A stretch of 64,000 nt of DNA from a virus (IMGVR_UViG_3300029305_003884:32001-96000); one strand, 5' to 3'. Shown: positions 45,557 to 56,259, counted from the stretch's first letter. Notes: a model not told the origin generated them from the sequence alone. Numbers and translations are program-made.

Positions 45557-48500
45557 GAATCATTCCTGAATGTAAGCTCAATCTTTCTTGCAATACCACG
45601 AGGTACCTTGATGTAAAGGACGATGACAACCGTGTTGTCCTCGTTGATGGCAACATAGCTCTTGTCCTCGACCACTACCACCCTCGGTTCATACTTGTTG
45701 ATGAGGGTAACGCACTGGTTCAGTAGCTTGGACTCACCATTGAGGTCTCCGATAATATCGAACACGCTCTCCTCCAAGGTAGAACCGAACTCGTCGTCAT
45801 ACAGACGTTCACCAAGGTTGGTTAACAGGATGCTGTACACGTTCTGCATCAGGCTGTTCTCGTCAGCGGTGATGCTGAATGATGCGTAAGCCAAGTCCTT
45901 ATTGTATATCGGTTCGAAGTTCAGGTCATCGAATCGAGAGACGCTGTTCTTTTTCTTGACTATCGACGCCTTTCCGTCCACATCGAGCGGTTTGTCCTGC
46001 TCTTCCTTGGAAACTAGGTTAAGACAAACAGGGTCAGACATGCTACAAGTAATAACATCGCTATTATCGCCTCCGACATCAACCCTCAATTTAATATCAT
46101 TAGCAATGACGCCTGGATTCTTTATAGTAAGCCTTTCACGGTCAGGAGTTCCTGACAAGATGATAGCTGTAATCCATTCCTCTGAATCGGGAAGACAATA
46201 CTCCACAACATTGTTCATGAAATTCTGATTGAACCTCACCGTACTTTCAGGAGCAATCATTATCTCGATGTCTTCATAGGTGTCAAAGGTTGGACACTCC
46301 TCATCATCGGATTTTTTAACAAGTATTATTGGAATATCGCACTCAGTCACGATGACCGTCCTATCAAGGTCAGCAGTGACATGACAGCTATCTTCCGCAG
46401 TGTATCTGATTGTATAACGTCCTGGCTCCTTCCACCACTCTTGATTATCAGTCAATACCTGTGATGTATATGATATTGGCTTGCCCAAACCATCCTCGGC
46501 ATAGATATCCTTCGGTTCAGGTTCAACCCAAGGGGTACCTTTCGCCCACTTTACGGTCTGTAATGACGTGTCAATATAGTATATGATTGGACCAGGGATG
46601 AGAGAAACACTCTTTTCATGTCCCTCAACGTATGGGCGGGTCTTGCTGCCATCCTCTACCCACCTTATACCGAAGCTATGAGTTCCATACTTAGTGGTAA
46701 CCACCTTGATGGATATGTTCGCCGCAGTTACAGAATCTATACTATCTATCGAGAAGTAATTCCAGTTAGTTCCGCACAGTCTCAATTTCAGGTTATCGGT
46801 TTCGTACAGGTTGACTCCACGGTATGCAAGGACATCCCCACTTTTAGTACAACTAAATGCTTTTTGGAATATCACAGGTTCAGTCCAGTTTGCAGTCTGG
46901 TGGAGAGCACCCTCGTTCGTATCGCCTGCCCACACTTCAAGGCGTCCTCCCCTTTGACTAAGTTCATCGTCACTGATAACCAAGTCAAATGTAAAGTTTC
47001 CCCTACCATCATCGCTATGCGAAATTGGACTGATATTTGTGAAATGCGTATAGTCAAGATAGGCGTTGCCAAGCATAGCCCATATTCCAGATACCCCTGG
47101 ATTCTGCGTGCTAGTCGACAAAATACGGTAATCACTATCGGACACTTTAAAGCTCAATGTATGAGTATCACCAGTACTAGAAAATCCCATCAACGTCAAG
47201 TCAATTTTAGTATCGATTACGGTCAAAGGAAGAGCTGTATGGTTTCCAGCAACATCGTATATATCGATTACTGTGCTACGGTTCAGGGTCAGTGTAAGCT
47301 TGATAAACCTAGAGTCATTGCCCCCAAGCAAGTATTCGATATTATAGTTAGACAACGGGTTTCCATCGATGTTATCAATTTCGTTCAAGTCAGAGATGTA
47401 AACATCGAATGGCACATCGACATGGTGTTCCTGTTCGGGAATATAGCATATAGGGGGTTCTTCGTCAATCTGCATGTACAGACGGTTAGCATAATCCGTT
47501 GTACTACAATTAGTATCCTCTATGGTGACCGACGTTACCGTGTTGTACAAAACAACAGGATTACCACCTTCCTCTATGATATCCTCAATGTACTCTACAT
47601 CCTCAGGTGAAAGCGAAACATATGTAGGGGTAAGCCATTCGTATCTGAATATATATGTAGACGAGAGTCTTAACCAGTAGTAGGGACCTTCGCCATCTTC
47701 GACCACGTTGACGACATAATAATTCCTGCCATATACAAGTCCTTCTGGTAGTTCAGCATCTTCTGCTGCATCCGTATTTTCTGTATGCGAGTATTCACCC
47801 GTGTAAACAGCAGCAACAATATCACCAGGCCCACAGAACGGATAATCCGAGGCTTTCACCTTAAATTCAGTAACTCCGTTTTCATCATTACGAATACCGT
47901 AAAGAGGCATTGACCTTTGTAGGTCCAAATGGTCATAGTCGAAATAAGGCTCATCGTTATTCCAACGGAGGGACACTGGAACTCCCCCAGCAGCAATTCC
48001 GTCTTCCCATCTGGGATGACCTAGAACCGCTTTCGCTGTTTCCTTATTCAACTTATCAAAATTAAAGCCCTTCAATATCACCCTGTTATTTGGGCCGACA
48101 TGTGAAAAACGGTCAGTCTCTCTGTCGGTACTTTCTTCCGATGCGACAACAACATCAATATCGGTAAGAATTACAGGATTGACTTCATTCGATTGATTGA
48201 CACCGTTATTATATACGACAGAGAGAGATGGCTTATCGTCAGTAGCTTCATCATGTATAACATCAAACTGGAGGAAACCATCCACATACCCATATTTTCC
48301 ATACCACTCTGGGCCATCTACACCTAGATTAGATGGTTCGTTCTCGGCATCCGTAGCCTTGTACGTAGAAATCATCCTTGAAAGATTCCTGATAATTCCA
48401 CCTTCTTCACCATGGTCGCCTGGGTCCCATTCGTTGTTGTATTTGAAATACACCTTACGTTCACTGTACTCTACATGAAGAACAGTAGCAGTAACCTTCT

Positions 48501-50535
48501 TCTTTCCCTCGACAGGGTCGTCTACAATTCGGCCCGTGTCATAATGGTCACTGTTCATTATTTCAATTTTGTCGCCGACCGCAAAAAACGGCTTGTCCGC
48601 ATCCCAACTACGAACGTTCAATAGACTAGAATCATCAAAAAACTTAGGAGAAATTGTCGCAACAAACGCACCGACAGAGCCCAAGGTCGTCTTTTCAATC
48701 GAATCACATACAAGGTACATGTAAGTATTGTAAATCTCAATAGTAGGTGTCACTCCGATATATTTAGGTGAATTCACCGCTATGTATGGCCATAAACCAT
48801 CATCGTTTTCACGAGAGGCAAACTTGATAGGGTCGCTAACATTCACGGCTCCATTTAGCGACTTAATGAAAATTGTATTACTACCTCTGGCAGTGAACAT
48901 CTTTACCATGTGTTCATTGTCAATGTAGAATTGAACGTACTTGTTTGTAAACGTCCTTGAAGGGTTACCATACGAATACTCAGAGATGCTTCCGACAGGA
49001 TATCCATTCCATGAGCCGTTACGTATATCCAAAAGGACTCGGCTAACATCAGATTCGGTCCATCTATCGTTGCCAAAGTCATACAGTTCGAGTGTATTAT
49101 TTCCTGTTCCACCAGAGGACAAAGCGTATATATACATTCTTGCTACCATGTCTGGGTCAGGTTCAGCATCGCCACCATAGTATGGAACAGGGAACTTAAT
49201 AATCGGTAGATACACTTCACCAGTAAGACACAATTGAGCTTTTTCACCATTAGATACATTCAGGTCATTAGAAGCGTAGTAAGTATCTTGGCATGCATAA
49301 AAAATTGCACTATCGTTGGAATGGCTTTTTACCTTTTGAGGTGCAATCTCATCATGAACCACATTGAATGCAACATCTGAGGAGGGTACACGAGGGGTGT
49401 ACACGAGTGTTCCAGAAGTCACTCCCGTAGGGAATGTCTCACCATCGACAGGAACTGCGGTTATTCCATTCGAACTCACCGAAGTTACAACCATGTGAAC
49501 GTCGTGGTCAGATGAGTTGTACCGGAACGTAACATTGTCATTCTCGGCAAAGTTCCGACGGCAACTGATTCCGCTAGGGTCAGTTCCAGTAAAAGTGAAG
49601 GTTACTGCTGAACCGTTAACTGCTGCCGATACGCTCTCTGTATACTCATACAACACCCAACGTTCCCACACAAGGTCACTCCATGTGGCATGTGTGTATT
49701 CAGGATGATTCAGTGCATTTATCTTTAATGGATTATGATACGTTTTGTACTTAAACGAAGTTTCGGTCGTTTCGATAACGATGAAGTCACCAAGATATCT
49801 TTCGCCAGGAGCTTTACCGAAAAGTCTACCCTGTCTTTCGGTATATACTGGAACATCAGAGACAGACCTACTGTACAGCGTTACAGCATCACCGACCTGT
49901 AATCCATGTGGCCCATCAGTCTCTACAACGACAGTTTCAACCTTATACAAGTCGCTATCGTCTGAACAAGTAGACGCCCTGCCACTAGGAAGCGTGGCCG
50001 GGTCAGTATAAATCCTACTGACATCTCCATCATCTATCTTGTGTTCAAGAACGACGTTCATCGGGTTCTTGACATACTCATTGGAATTAGAATATCCTAA
50101 AAACGAGAATGCGTCTTCAACGTCAGACGGTGAGAAGATACCGTTGTCTCCCGCATACGGTGCGGTAATCCAAGCCTCGGCATTGTTTGGCATAGAGCTA
50201 AAAGGTCGGTCATCGTCAAACCTCATTATCAGCTCTGTATTGAACTTTGATTTGGAACCATCAAACTTTGGTGGACGGTTAGGGTTCGTCCAGTCATTAT
50301 ATGAACCCGTTAGACGGGTCATACCGTTTCCATCATACACCATAAGTCCACTATTCGGAGTAACAGTGGAGTTAGGCGTATTCGCCGTTAAAAAATGACG
50401 AATACGGTAGTTTTTTATAGGTACACTCTCGTCCCCATCAGTCGCCAGGAAACGGTACGCTTCTTTGTAATGTTGAGACATCTGTTGGAAATCTGCCTCG
50501 GATGTCATCAGCCGCATGTATAGATTTATCGCCAT
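45553..50535 (-). CDS. 1660-aa virion protein with C-terminal gp25-like baseplate wedge domain
   Basis: C-terminal LMQNVYSILLTNLGERLYDDEFGS...INKYEPRV; Ig-like segment (AED...PGRYTIRYTAED); late motif. Confidence 0.8.
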   Translation of the reverse strand: MAINLYMRLMTSEADFQQMSQHYKEAYRFLATDGDESVPIKNYRIRHFLTANTPNSTVTPNSGLMVYDGNGMTRLTGSYNDWTNPNRPPKFDGSKSKFNTELIMRFDDDRPFSSMPNNAEAWITAPYAGDNGIFSPSDVEDAFSFLGYSNSNEYVKNPMNVVLEHKIDDGDVSRIYTDPATLPSGRASTCSDDSDLYKVETVVVETDGPHGLQVGDAVTLYSRSVSDVPVYTERQGRLFGKAPGERYLGDFIVIETTETSFKYKTYHNPLKINALNHPEYTHATWSDLVWERWVLYEYTESVSAAVNGSAVTFTFTGTDPSGISCRRNFAENDNVTFRYNSSDHDVHMVVTSVSSNGITAVPVDGETFPTGVTSGTLVYTPRVPSSDVAFNVVHDEIAPQKVKSHSNDSAIFYACQDTYYASNDLNVSNGEKAQLCLTGEVYLPIIKFPVPYYGGDAEPDPDMVARMYIYALSSGGTGNNTLELYDFGNDRWTESDVSRVLLDIRNGSWNGYPVGSISEYSYGNPSRTFTNKYVQFYIDNEHMVKMFTARGSNTIFIKSLNGAVNVSDPIKFASRENDDGLWPYIAVNSPKYIGVTPTIEIYNTYMYLVCDSIEKTTLGSVGAFVATISPKFFDDSSLLNVRSWDADKPFFAVGDKIEIMNSDHYDTGRIVDDPVEGKKKVTATVLHVEYSERKVYFKYNNEWDPGDHGEEGGIIRNLSRMISTYKATDAENEPSNLGVDGPEWYGKYGYVDGFLQFDVIHDEATDDKPSLSVVYNNGVNQSNEVNPVILTDIDVVVASEESTDRETDRFSHVGPNNRVILKGFNFDKLNKETAKAVLGHPRWEDGIAAGGVPVSLRWNNDEPYFDYDHLDLQRSMPLYGIRNDENGVTEFKVKASDYPFCGPGDIVAAVYTGEYSHTENTDAAEDAELPEGLVYGRNYYVVNVVEDGEGPYYWLRLSSTYIFRYEWLTPTYVSLSPEDVEYIEDIIEEGGNPVVLYNTVTSVTIEDTNCSTTDYANRLYMQIDEEPPICYIPEQEHHVDVPFDVYISDLNEIDNIDGNPLSNYNIEYLLGGNDSRFIKLTLTLNRSTVIDIYDVAGNHTALPLTVIDTKIDLTLMGFSSTGDTHTLSFKVSDSDYRILSTSTQNPGVSGIWAMLGNAYLDYTHFTNISPISHSDDGRGNFTFDLVISDDELSQRGGRLEVWAGDTNEGALHQTANWTEPVIFQKAFSCTKSGDVLAYRGVNLYETDNLKLRLCGTNWNYFSIDSIDSVTAANISIKVVTTKYGTHSFGIRWVEDGSKTRPYVEGHEKSVSLIPGPIIYYIDTSLQTVKWAKGTPWVEPEPKDIYAEDGLGKPISYTSQVLTDNQEWWKEPGRYTIRYTAEDSCHVTADLDRTVIVTECDIPIILVKKSDDEECPTFDTYEDIEIMIAPESTVRFNQNFMNNVVEYCLPDSEEWITAIILSGTPDRERLTIKNPGVIANDIKLRVDVGGDNSDVITCSMSDPVCLNLVSKEEQDKPLDVDGKASIVKKKNSVSRFDDLNFEPIYNKDLAYASFSITADENSLMQNVYSILLTNLGERLYDDEFGSTLEESVFDIIGDLNGESKLLNQCVTLINKYEPRVVVVEDKSYVAINEDNTVVIVLYIKVPRGIARKIELTFRNDS

Positions 50536-50558
50536 AATTCACCATTTTAATCAAAAAA

Positions 50559-50567
50559 TAGTTTATA
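50559..50567 (-). promoter_or_regulatory. Late promoter motif TATAAACTA
   Basis: Exact motif 23 nt before ATG 50535. Confidence 0.8.
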
Positions 50568-50576
50568 ATCGGGGCA

Positions 50577-51470
50577 CTAAATCGTAGCGGCAACAGCTTG
50601 GTCTTCCTGGTTCTGCAAAAGCTTACTTTTCCTCATGTGCATGATGATATGCTCGCCAAGGGCGTTAGACATGTCAGTGAGGTCATTCTCGATTGCTTCT
50701 ACGGGGAAATCCTCGGCAATCACGGTAGCCCGATTGATATACTTTGGGGAATTGCTTGTCCATATCGTGTACATGAACCCGTCGGAACCGCACTTTACCG
50801 AAACCTCACGAATCGAGGCATTTCCCCCTATTCCGACAAGGTAGTAGACCCCGTCGCTATTGTCGTAGTCGACAATCGTTTGATTTGACGGATTGTTATA
50901 GTTCTTATCCCGCTGCAATGCATCCATCTCGGCACCCGTCAGGGCATAAACCTCGACATATCCCGCATTCGGGAGTTCGAGTTTACGCACGGGTTCAATC
51001 TCGTTCTGGATGAGCAGCGTACTCAGCATTTCAGGGTCAATCTGGTCGTTTTCCAGCAAGTTTCCCGCCACCGCCTGCTGCAAGGTGGGGTCGATGGCGT
51101 CAGCCGAGTCGATTGCACCGAACTGGTACACATGGGTGTTGTTGTATGTGAGCATCTCGGTTATAAACGAACCGCCACCCCCATTGGTATCAATGCTTTC
51201 CAATGACTCCCCAGACAGGCGGAAGCAGGTGGAGAATATGAGGGGAACGCCGTCAATGACTATAAAGTACAACGGTTCCAGACTGTAAGTCGGATTTTCC
51301 TCATCGCCCCCACGCACAATGAAGATGGGAACTATCTTGTTGTTGGCCTCACCAGAATCGACAAGCTCGTCGAGGTGTTCGGCAAAGTTCTCAACCATCG
51401 TGGATGCCGTATTCTCGTCATCGTGGACGTAGAAATCGGACATCAGGTAATAATAACGAGACATCAACAT
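50577..51470 (-). CDS. Hypothetical acidic protein
   Basis: 297-aa ORF. Confidence 0.75.
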   Translation of the reverse strand: MLMSRYYYLMSDFYVHDDENTASTMVENFAEHLDELVDSGEANNKIVPIFIVRGGDEENPTYSLEPLYFIVIDGVPLIFSTCFRLSGESLESIDTNGGGGSFITEMLTYNNTHVYQFGAIDSADAIDPTLQQAVAGNLLENDQIDPEMLSTLLIQNEIEPVRKLELPNAGYVEVYALTGAEMDALQRDKNYNNPSNQTIVDYDNSDGVYYLVGIGGNASIREVSVKCGSDGFMYTIWTSNSPKYINRATVIAEDFPVEAIENDLTDMSNALGEHIIMHMRKSKLLQNQEDQAVAATI

Positions 51471-51471
51471 A

Positions 51472-51807
51472 TTAAATCAACTTCTTCAATGCGGATGTGA
51501 CCCTTTCGACGTAGGCGGCGTCTGCATTCTTGTTGGATTCCAGCTTTTCGATAAAGTCGGCGACACCTTCCTTGATGACCCTCGGAACATCTTCATCGCT
51601 GAACGACTTGACGAAATCGTCCTTAATCTTGGCCAGCTTGCCCATTTCGATTACGGCACCAGCCTTCTTGAGTTCTTCGGCGGTCGGGACGAACTTGTCA
51701 TTGAAATCGTCGATGACGAGACGGATTGGGATTGTGCAACGGATGAGGTTGATGTAACGTCCGATTGCAATTCTGTCGCTAATGGTCAAATCAATAGTCT
51801 TGCTCAT
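51472..51807 (-). CDS. Hypothetical protein
   Basis: 111-aa ORF with AGGGA RBS. Confidence 0.75.
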   Translation of the reverse strand: MSKTIDLTISDRIAIGRYINLIRCTIPIRLVIDDFNDKFVPTAEELKKAGAVIEMGKLAKIKDDFVKSFSDEDVPRVIKEGVADFIEKLESNKNADAAYVERVTSALKKLI

Positions 51808-51880
51808 GATAATCCCTGTAAAATATAGGTACTTACGTCTATAAAATACATTTTTCGAGCGACATTATGCACCCAGGGGG

Positions 51881-51889
51881 TATAAACTA
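51881..51889 (+). promoter_or_regulatory. Late promoter motif TATAAACTA
   Basis: Exact motif heading the portal operon. Confidence 0.8.
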
Positions 51890-51926
51890 TTGGTAAAACG
51901 CCAAAAATATAATTTACTGTGTGAAT

Positions 51927-52133
51927 ATGGGTGAACTTTATAGATACAACGGCCTCCCAGTCTTTCAAGTGGACTTGTGCGATTTCCGTACGATAGTCGA
52001 TGCGGAAGTAAACAAGCGGCGTCTTTTGTCTAAGAACATCCTGAACGAAGCATTGAAGGAATTCTACAAATCAGAACGAAAACCAACCTTTTACGTGATG
52101 TTCGAAGGCATCAGATTCAAGTATCCCAGGTAG
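51927..52133 (+). CDS. Small late protein upstream of portal
   Basis: 68-aa ORF between the late motif and gp20. Confidence 0.65.
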   Translation: MGELYRYNGLPVFQVDLCDFRTIVDAEVNKRRLLSKNILNEALKEFYKSERKPTFYVMFEGIRFKYPR

Positions 52134-52139
52134 GAAATT

Positions 52140-53855
52140 ATGCTCTTTTCATCGAAAAAGAAAAACCCCGAAAATGTAGCGTCGATGGTCATGACGCACG
52201 TAAGGAACTACGGGGAGAACAACCCGAAAGGCGAACTGTTCGACCGAGTGTTCAACGGCGAAGACCTCTCCCGCAACATATCCAGGTCTAGGAACGCCGT
52301 AGGACAGGGCGTCCAGCAGATGATGTACCCGAACGGGTTGTCACCTGACGGATTCTCCACCTACATGCCGGCCATAATGATTAACGATGGCCAGATTGAC
52401 CCGAGCAAGGTACAGGACACCATCGCTGAAAACCAGGTTCAGCTATACTGGCGAAACAATGTGGAACGCATGTTGAAGTACAACATCATCGCCACCCGCT
52501 CGGAAGTGAACGAGTCCCTGACCCAGATTTGCAACGAGGCAATCTACAAGGACGACAAGGGCGACATCTGCAGCTTGCAGGTGAACGAGTACTCTGGAAT
52601 TGCGGAAGTGACCAAGATGAGCTTGCAGACAATCTTCAAGAGGGACGTCCTCAGGAAGATTTGCAACTTCAAGAACACGGCATGGCAATACATGAAGAAG
52701 ATGCTGACCGAAGGCCGTATCTTCCTCGAAGTCGTATATGACGAGTCGACCAACGAAATAGTAGGCCTGAACCTCCTCCCTGGTGAGAACATGATTGTGG
52801 TTGTCCAGGACAACATGATTATCGGCTACCGCCAGATGTTGACTGGAACCTACGCCCATAGCAGCAAGAACTACATCGACTATTCCCCGAACCAGATTTT
52901 GTTCCTCTCACTCGACCTTTACGGCCCAGGTGGCGTGAACGACCCGAGGTCCATTCTCGAACCAGCAGTTAAGGCCCATAACCAATTGAACACGATTGAA
53001 GACAGCGTTGTTATGTACCGTGTGCTTTGGGGCTCCGAAAAGATGGTTCTGAAAGTGGACGTGGCTGGCCAGCCTAAACCACAGGCCGAAGCGACCATGA
53101 AGGAACAGGCCAAGCTGTTCAGCCGACAAATCGACTATAACGCCACCACGGGTGAAATTACCAACTGGGGTAAGGCGATAGGTCTGTCAGAACACTTCGT
53201 TATCCCTGTCAACGGCAGCTCCTCTGGTTCCAGCATCGAAAGGCTCCCAGGTGGCGACCAATTGGGAAACATCGACGACCTTAAATTCTTCAAGAGGAAC
53301 CTCGTTAACGCATTGATGGTTCCCCCTGGACGTATCACGGCATTGGCTGGAGATAACGTAAACTACTCTAACGGTAAGATTGGTGAAGTCACACAGGCGG
53401 AAGTTGCCTTCGCTCGACTCGTCGAACGCTACCAGACCCCGTTCGAGCAAGGCCTCGTCAGGCTGTTCATCATGGTTCTGAACACAAGGAAGGAGTTCAA
53501 CGAAGAGATTAAACTCGAAGAGAACTTCGATATCAAGTTCAAGCGAAGCAACGGCTTCCAGAGCTATATCGACGCCGACGTTTGGACTACCCGACTGTCC
53601 GTGTTCTCCCAGATGATGGAATACGCAGTGAAGGACGAAGCCCCGAACAACCCGCTTTCACAGGAATACTGCCTCCGTTACGGTCTAGGCATTTCCGATG
53701 CAGACCTAACCCAGAACCGCAAGTGGCGTGAACACGAACAGAAGGTTCTTCTCGGTGAAGAAACCGATGTCGACAGCGGTGGCGAGGGTGGCGGCCTGAA
53801 CGAGTTCGGTGGTGGCGGCGAAATGGCCCCCGCACCCGAGACAGGAGCCTTCTAG
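52140..53855 (+). CDS. gp20: Portal vertex protein, T4 gp20-like
   Basis: SILEPAVKAHNQL..IEDSVVMYR, VDV...PK.QAE, LPGGDQLGNIDDLKFF...L..ALMVP.GR, E..F..LV.R.Q..F. Confidence 0.93.
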   Translation: MLFSSKKKNPENVASMVMTHVRNYGENNPKGELFDRVFNGEDLSRNISRSRNAVGQGVQQMMYPNGLSPDGFSTYMPAIMINDGQIDPSKVQDTIAENQVQLYWRNNVERMLKYNIIATRSEVNESLTQICNEAIYKDDKGDICSLQVNEYSGIAEVTKMSLQTIFKRDVLRKICNFKNTAWQYMKKMLTEGRIFLEVVYDESTNEIVGLNLLPGENMIVVVQDNMIIGYRQMLTGTYAHSSKNYIDYSPNQILFLSLDLYGPGGVNDPRSILEPAVKAHNQLNTIEDSVVMYRVLWGSEKMVLKVDVAGQPKPQAEATMKEQAKLFSRQIDYNATTGEITNWGKAIGLSEHFVIPVNGSSSGSSIERLPGGDQLGNIDDLKFFKRNLVNALMVPPGRITALAGDNVNYSNGKIGEVTQAEVAFARLVERYQTPFEQGLVRLFIMVLNTRKEFNEEIKLEENFDIKFKRSNGFQSYIDADVWTTRLSVFSQMMEYAVKDEAPNNPLSQEYCLRYGLGISDADLTQNRKWREHEQKVLLGEETDVDSGGEGGGLNEFGGGGEMAPAPETGAF

Positions 53856-53886
53856 GAAAGCCAGCAGGATATGGCAGCTGCTCAAT

Positions 53887-53916
53887 AGCCCTCGTACCAA
53901 GTACGGGGGCTTTATT
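53887..53916 (+). terminator. Intrinsic terminator after portal
   Basis: AGCCCTCGTAC-CAA-GTACGGGGGCT-TTATT. Confidence 0.75.
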
Positions 53917-53932
53917 CATACCCCCATTCCTT

Positions 53933-53941
53933 TATAAACTA
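53933..53941 (+). promoter_or_regulatory. Late promoter motif TATAAACTA
   Basis: Exact motif 28 nt before ATG 53970. Confidence 0.8.
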
Positions 53942-53969
53942 TACATGTACGATTTTATTGGACTATAAA

Positions 53970-54572
53970 ATGGACAAGACCAAACTCTTTATGGAATCCA
54001 TCGGACAACTGTGATTGACAAGGGCTCAATTCGATGCCGTCAGGTCTCTGTATGAAGCAATCAATGATGACACAGGTGTAGACCCCTCTGTGTATGAACC
54101 ATTATTGGCTAAATACGGTATTGACAAGATGATTGACCTACTCAAGGAACATCAGTTCGAAGTACATGACATCAGCGTCTACAAAGAAAAAGACCACGGG
54201 TATGGACATTACACGCTATATCACGTATTCATCCAAGTAAAGGAACGTGGCGAAAAGAATTATACAGGAAGAGACATCGAACTTAGAATCACACTTTTCC
54301 CCACCTGCTATAATAACCCATTTGATGGAAGAATCTTCCTCGTAGATTGGGAGACATACTATGTATGCCAAGATGGAACTACATCAGAAAAGAGCTGCAA
54401 CTACAAGACTGGTGACGACATGTATATGGCCCTAGAAAACTTCTTTACGCAAGATGCGAAACGGGAACCAGCAGAAACAGAGCCCTGGACCGAGGAACAG
54501 AAACAAGCCGCACTGAGATACTGGGGTGACTTACAGCTAAGCAATGACATACGCAATATGTTCAATGATTAA
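53970..54572 (+). pseudogene. Leader-family gene with in-frame TGA at codon 15
   Basis: MDKTKLFMESIGQL*LTRAQFDAVRSLYEA...; TGA at 54012-54014 is in frame with the 54015-54572 ORF. Confidence 0.7.
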
Positions 54573-54582
54573 CCATTTTAAC

Positions 54583-54610
54583 AAAAAAGCCTCCATTTTA
54601 AGGCTTTTTT
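54583..54610. terminator. Intrinsic terminator
   Basis: AAAAAAGCCT-CCATTTTA-AGGCTTTTTT. Confidence 0.65.
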
Positions 54611-54658
54611 CATTTCAATGCAGATTTTGAGGTAAAAAAATTTTTGTGAAAATACCTC

Positions 54659-54667
54659 AATAAACTT
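54659..54667 (+). promoter_or_regulatory. Late promoter variant AATAAACTT for major capsid gene
   Basis: Closest match in the intergenic region, 42 nt before ATG 54710. Confidence 0.45.
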
Positions 54668-54709
54668 AAAGTAGAACTCAAACAGTGCCAGGTGGCACAG
54701 GATAACAAT

Positions 54710-56200
54710 ATGCAACAGTTCAGACCTAAGTCAGCTACGAGCAAGTGGGCTCCGATTTTGGAATCCAACCTTGGCCGTAAGCTCAAGTCCCGTGCTGAAG
54801 CTTCTGTGGTTTCCACTCTTCTCGAAACCCAGTGCAAGCTCAACAAGGGTTTCCTCCCCGAATCTGCTAACGTCTCTGCAGACGTGGCTCAGTACCAGCA
54901 GTACGCTTTGCCGCTGGTGCGTCGTCAGTTCCCTGACCTCCTCGCTATGCAGACCGTGGCAACCATTCCAACAACAACTCCTAACGGAATTTACTTCGCA
55001 CTTCGTTTCCTCTATGACGACGAAGCTCCGAAGACTGTTGGTTTCCGTAAGGGCCTGAAGAAAGAAATCGGTTACGACCTCGTTGCCGACCATACTGGTG
55101 TGAAGGGCACGTTCAACCCGTGGACAACGACCGCTGGTGAAATGCTTTCCAACTATGCCGAAGGTACGTTCGGTGGCCCGTCTTTCGATGGCGCTGCTAT
55201 GAACTCTCAGAACGGTGCTGGTCACGCTTACGTTACCAACCACTGGGCTGACAAGCCGGGCTATGGCGACTACTACGATGAAGCCGAAGGTCACTACAAC
55301 ATCAAGAAGGCCAGCATCAAGGTGGTGTCTGGTGCTATCCGTGTTGGTACCAAGGCTATCAAGAGCCATTACACCCTCGAACTCCAGCAGGATATGGCTG
55401 CTGCTCACGGCCAGGACGTTGAAGCCCTGTTGCTCGAAGGCTTGCAGTTTGAAATCCAGCAGGAAATCGACCGTGAAATCCTCGCTGCTATGGTGTCTGT
55501 CGCTCAGAACCCTGCATTCGGTGGTGAAGCTGCTATCACCGTTGACCTCTCTGGTCACGCAAACTTCCAGGATGGCCGTTGGGTCGCCGAAAAGATTGCT
55601 GGTGGTATCGTGAACACGATTATCGCCGTTGCCCGTAAGATTTCTCTTACGACCCGTATGGGCTCTGGTAACTTCGCAATCTGCTCTCCGAGCATCGTTG
55701 CTGCAATCTCTACCCTTAACTCTGGTATCTATATCCCGACTTACCTCGGTACGGATGCCGCTGTTCAGCCGGGTGGTGGCGTTTCCGACGCTGGTTCTCT
55801 CCTGAGCGGTCAGATTAAGCTCTACCAGGATATCTACTCTTGGCAGGACTACGCTCTCGTTGGTTACAAGGGACCTCGTCAGGGCGAATCTGGTATCATC
55901 TTCATGCCTTACATCCCGTACATCTTCTGCAAGACCGCTGGTCAGGAAGACGGTAGCCCACGTCTCATCGTGAAGAGCCGTTACGCCATTGTCAGCAACT
56001 TGCTCGGTTGCGGCCTGTTCTACCGTGTTGTTCGCTTCGTGAACAACGACCTCTTGGGTGTTTCCTTCACTGGCGACATTCCTTGGGAATCTAACGAAGG
56101 TCCTACTGTGGGCGTAACCCTCGACACCGTTGGTGTTGCAGTTGGTGGCCACACGCTCGACCGTCCGTTCGGTACGGCTGCTCAGGAAGAAGAGTGGTAA
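54710..56200 (+). CDS. gp23: Major capsid protein, T4 gp23-like
   Basis: KWAPILE, LVRR.FP.LLA, YTLELQQDM.A.HG.DVE, EI..EIDREI, GYKG....ESGI.FMPYIP, KSRYA; AGGA RBS before ATG 54710; strong codon bias. Confidence 0.96.
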   Translation: MQQFRPKSATSKWAPILESNLGRKLKSRAEASVVSTLLETQCKLNKGFLPESANVSADVAQYQQYALPLVRRQFPDLLAMQTVATIPTTTPNGIYFALRFLYDDEAPKTVGFRKGLKKEIGYDLVADHTGVKGTFNPWTTTAGEMLSNYAEGTFGGPSFDGAAMNSQNGAGHAYVTNHWADKPGYGDYYDEAEGHYNIKKASIKVVSGAIRVGTKAIKSHYTLELQQDMAAAHGQDVEALLLEGLQFEIQQEIDREILAAMVSVAQNPAFGGEAAITVDLSGHANFQDGRWVAEKIAGGIVNTIIAVARKISLTTRMGSGNFAICSPSIVAAISTLNSGIYIPTYLGTDAAVQPGGGVSDAGSLLSGQIKLYQDIYSWQDYALVGYKGPRQGESGIIFMPYIPYIFCKTAGQEDGSPRLIVKSRYAIVSNLLGCGLFYRVVRFVNNDLLGVSFTGDIPWESNEGPTVGVTLDTVGVAVGGHTLDRPFGTAAQEEEW

Positions 56201-56226
56201 TCACTCTGAACCCTGAAAAGGAACTG

Positions 56227-56259
56227 AAAGGGAGCTTGCCGCAAGGCAGGCTCCTTTTC
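56227..56259. terminator. Intrinsic terminator after gp23
   Basis: AAAGGGAGCTTGCC-GCAA-GGCAGGCTCCTTTT with a GNRA loop. Confidence 0.88.

Noticed and set aside
54012-54014. Genome-wide stop-codon reassignment
   Set aside because: TAG and TGA both terminate many tightly packed genes here; only one internal stop was found.
54731-56152. 473-aa ORF antisense to gp23
   Set aside because: Shadow of the strongly biased capsid codon usage; no RBS, promoter or recognisable motifs.
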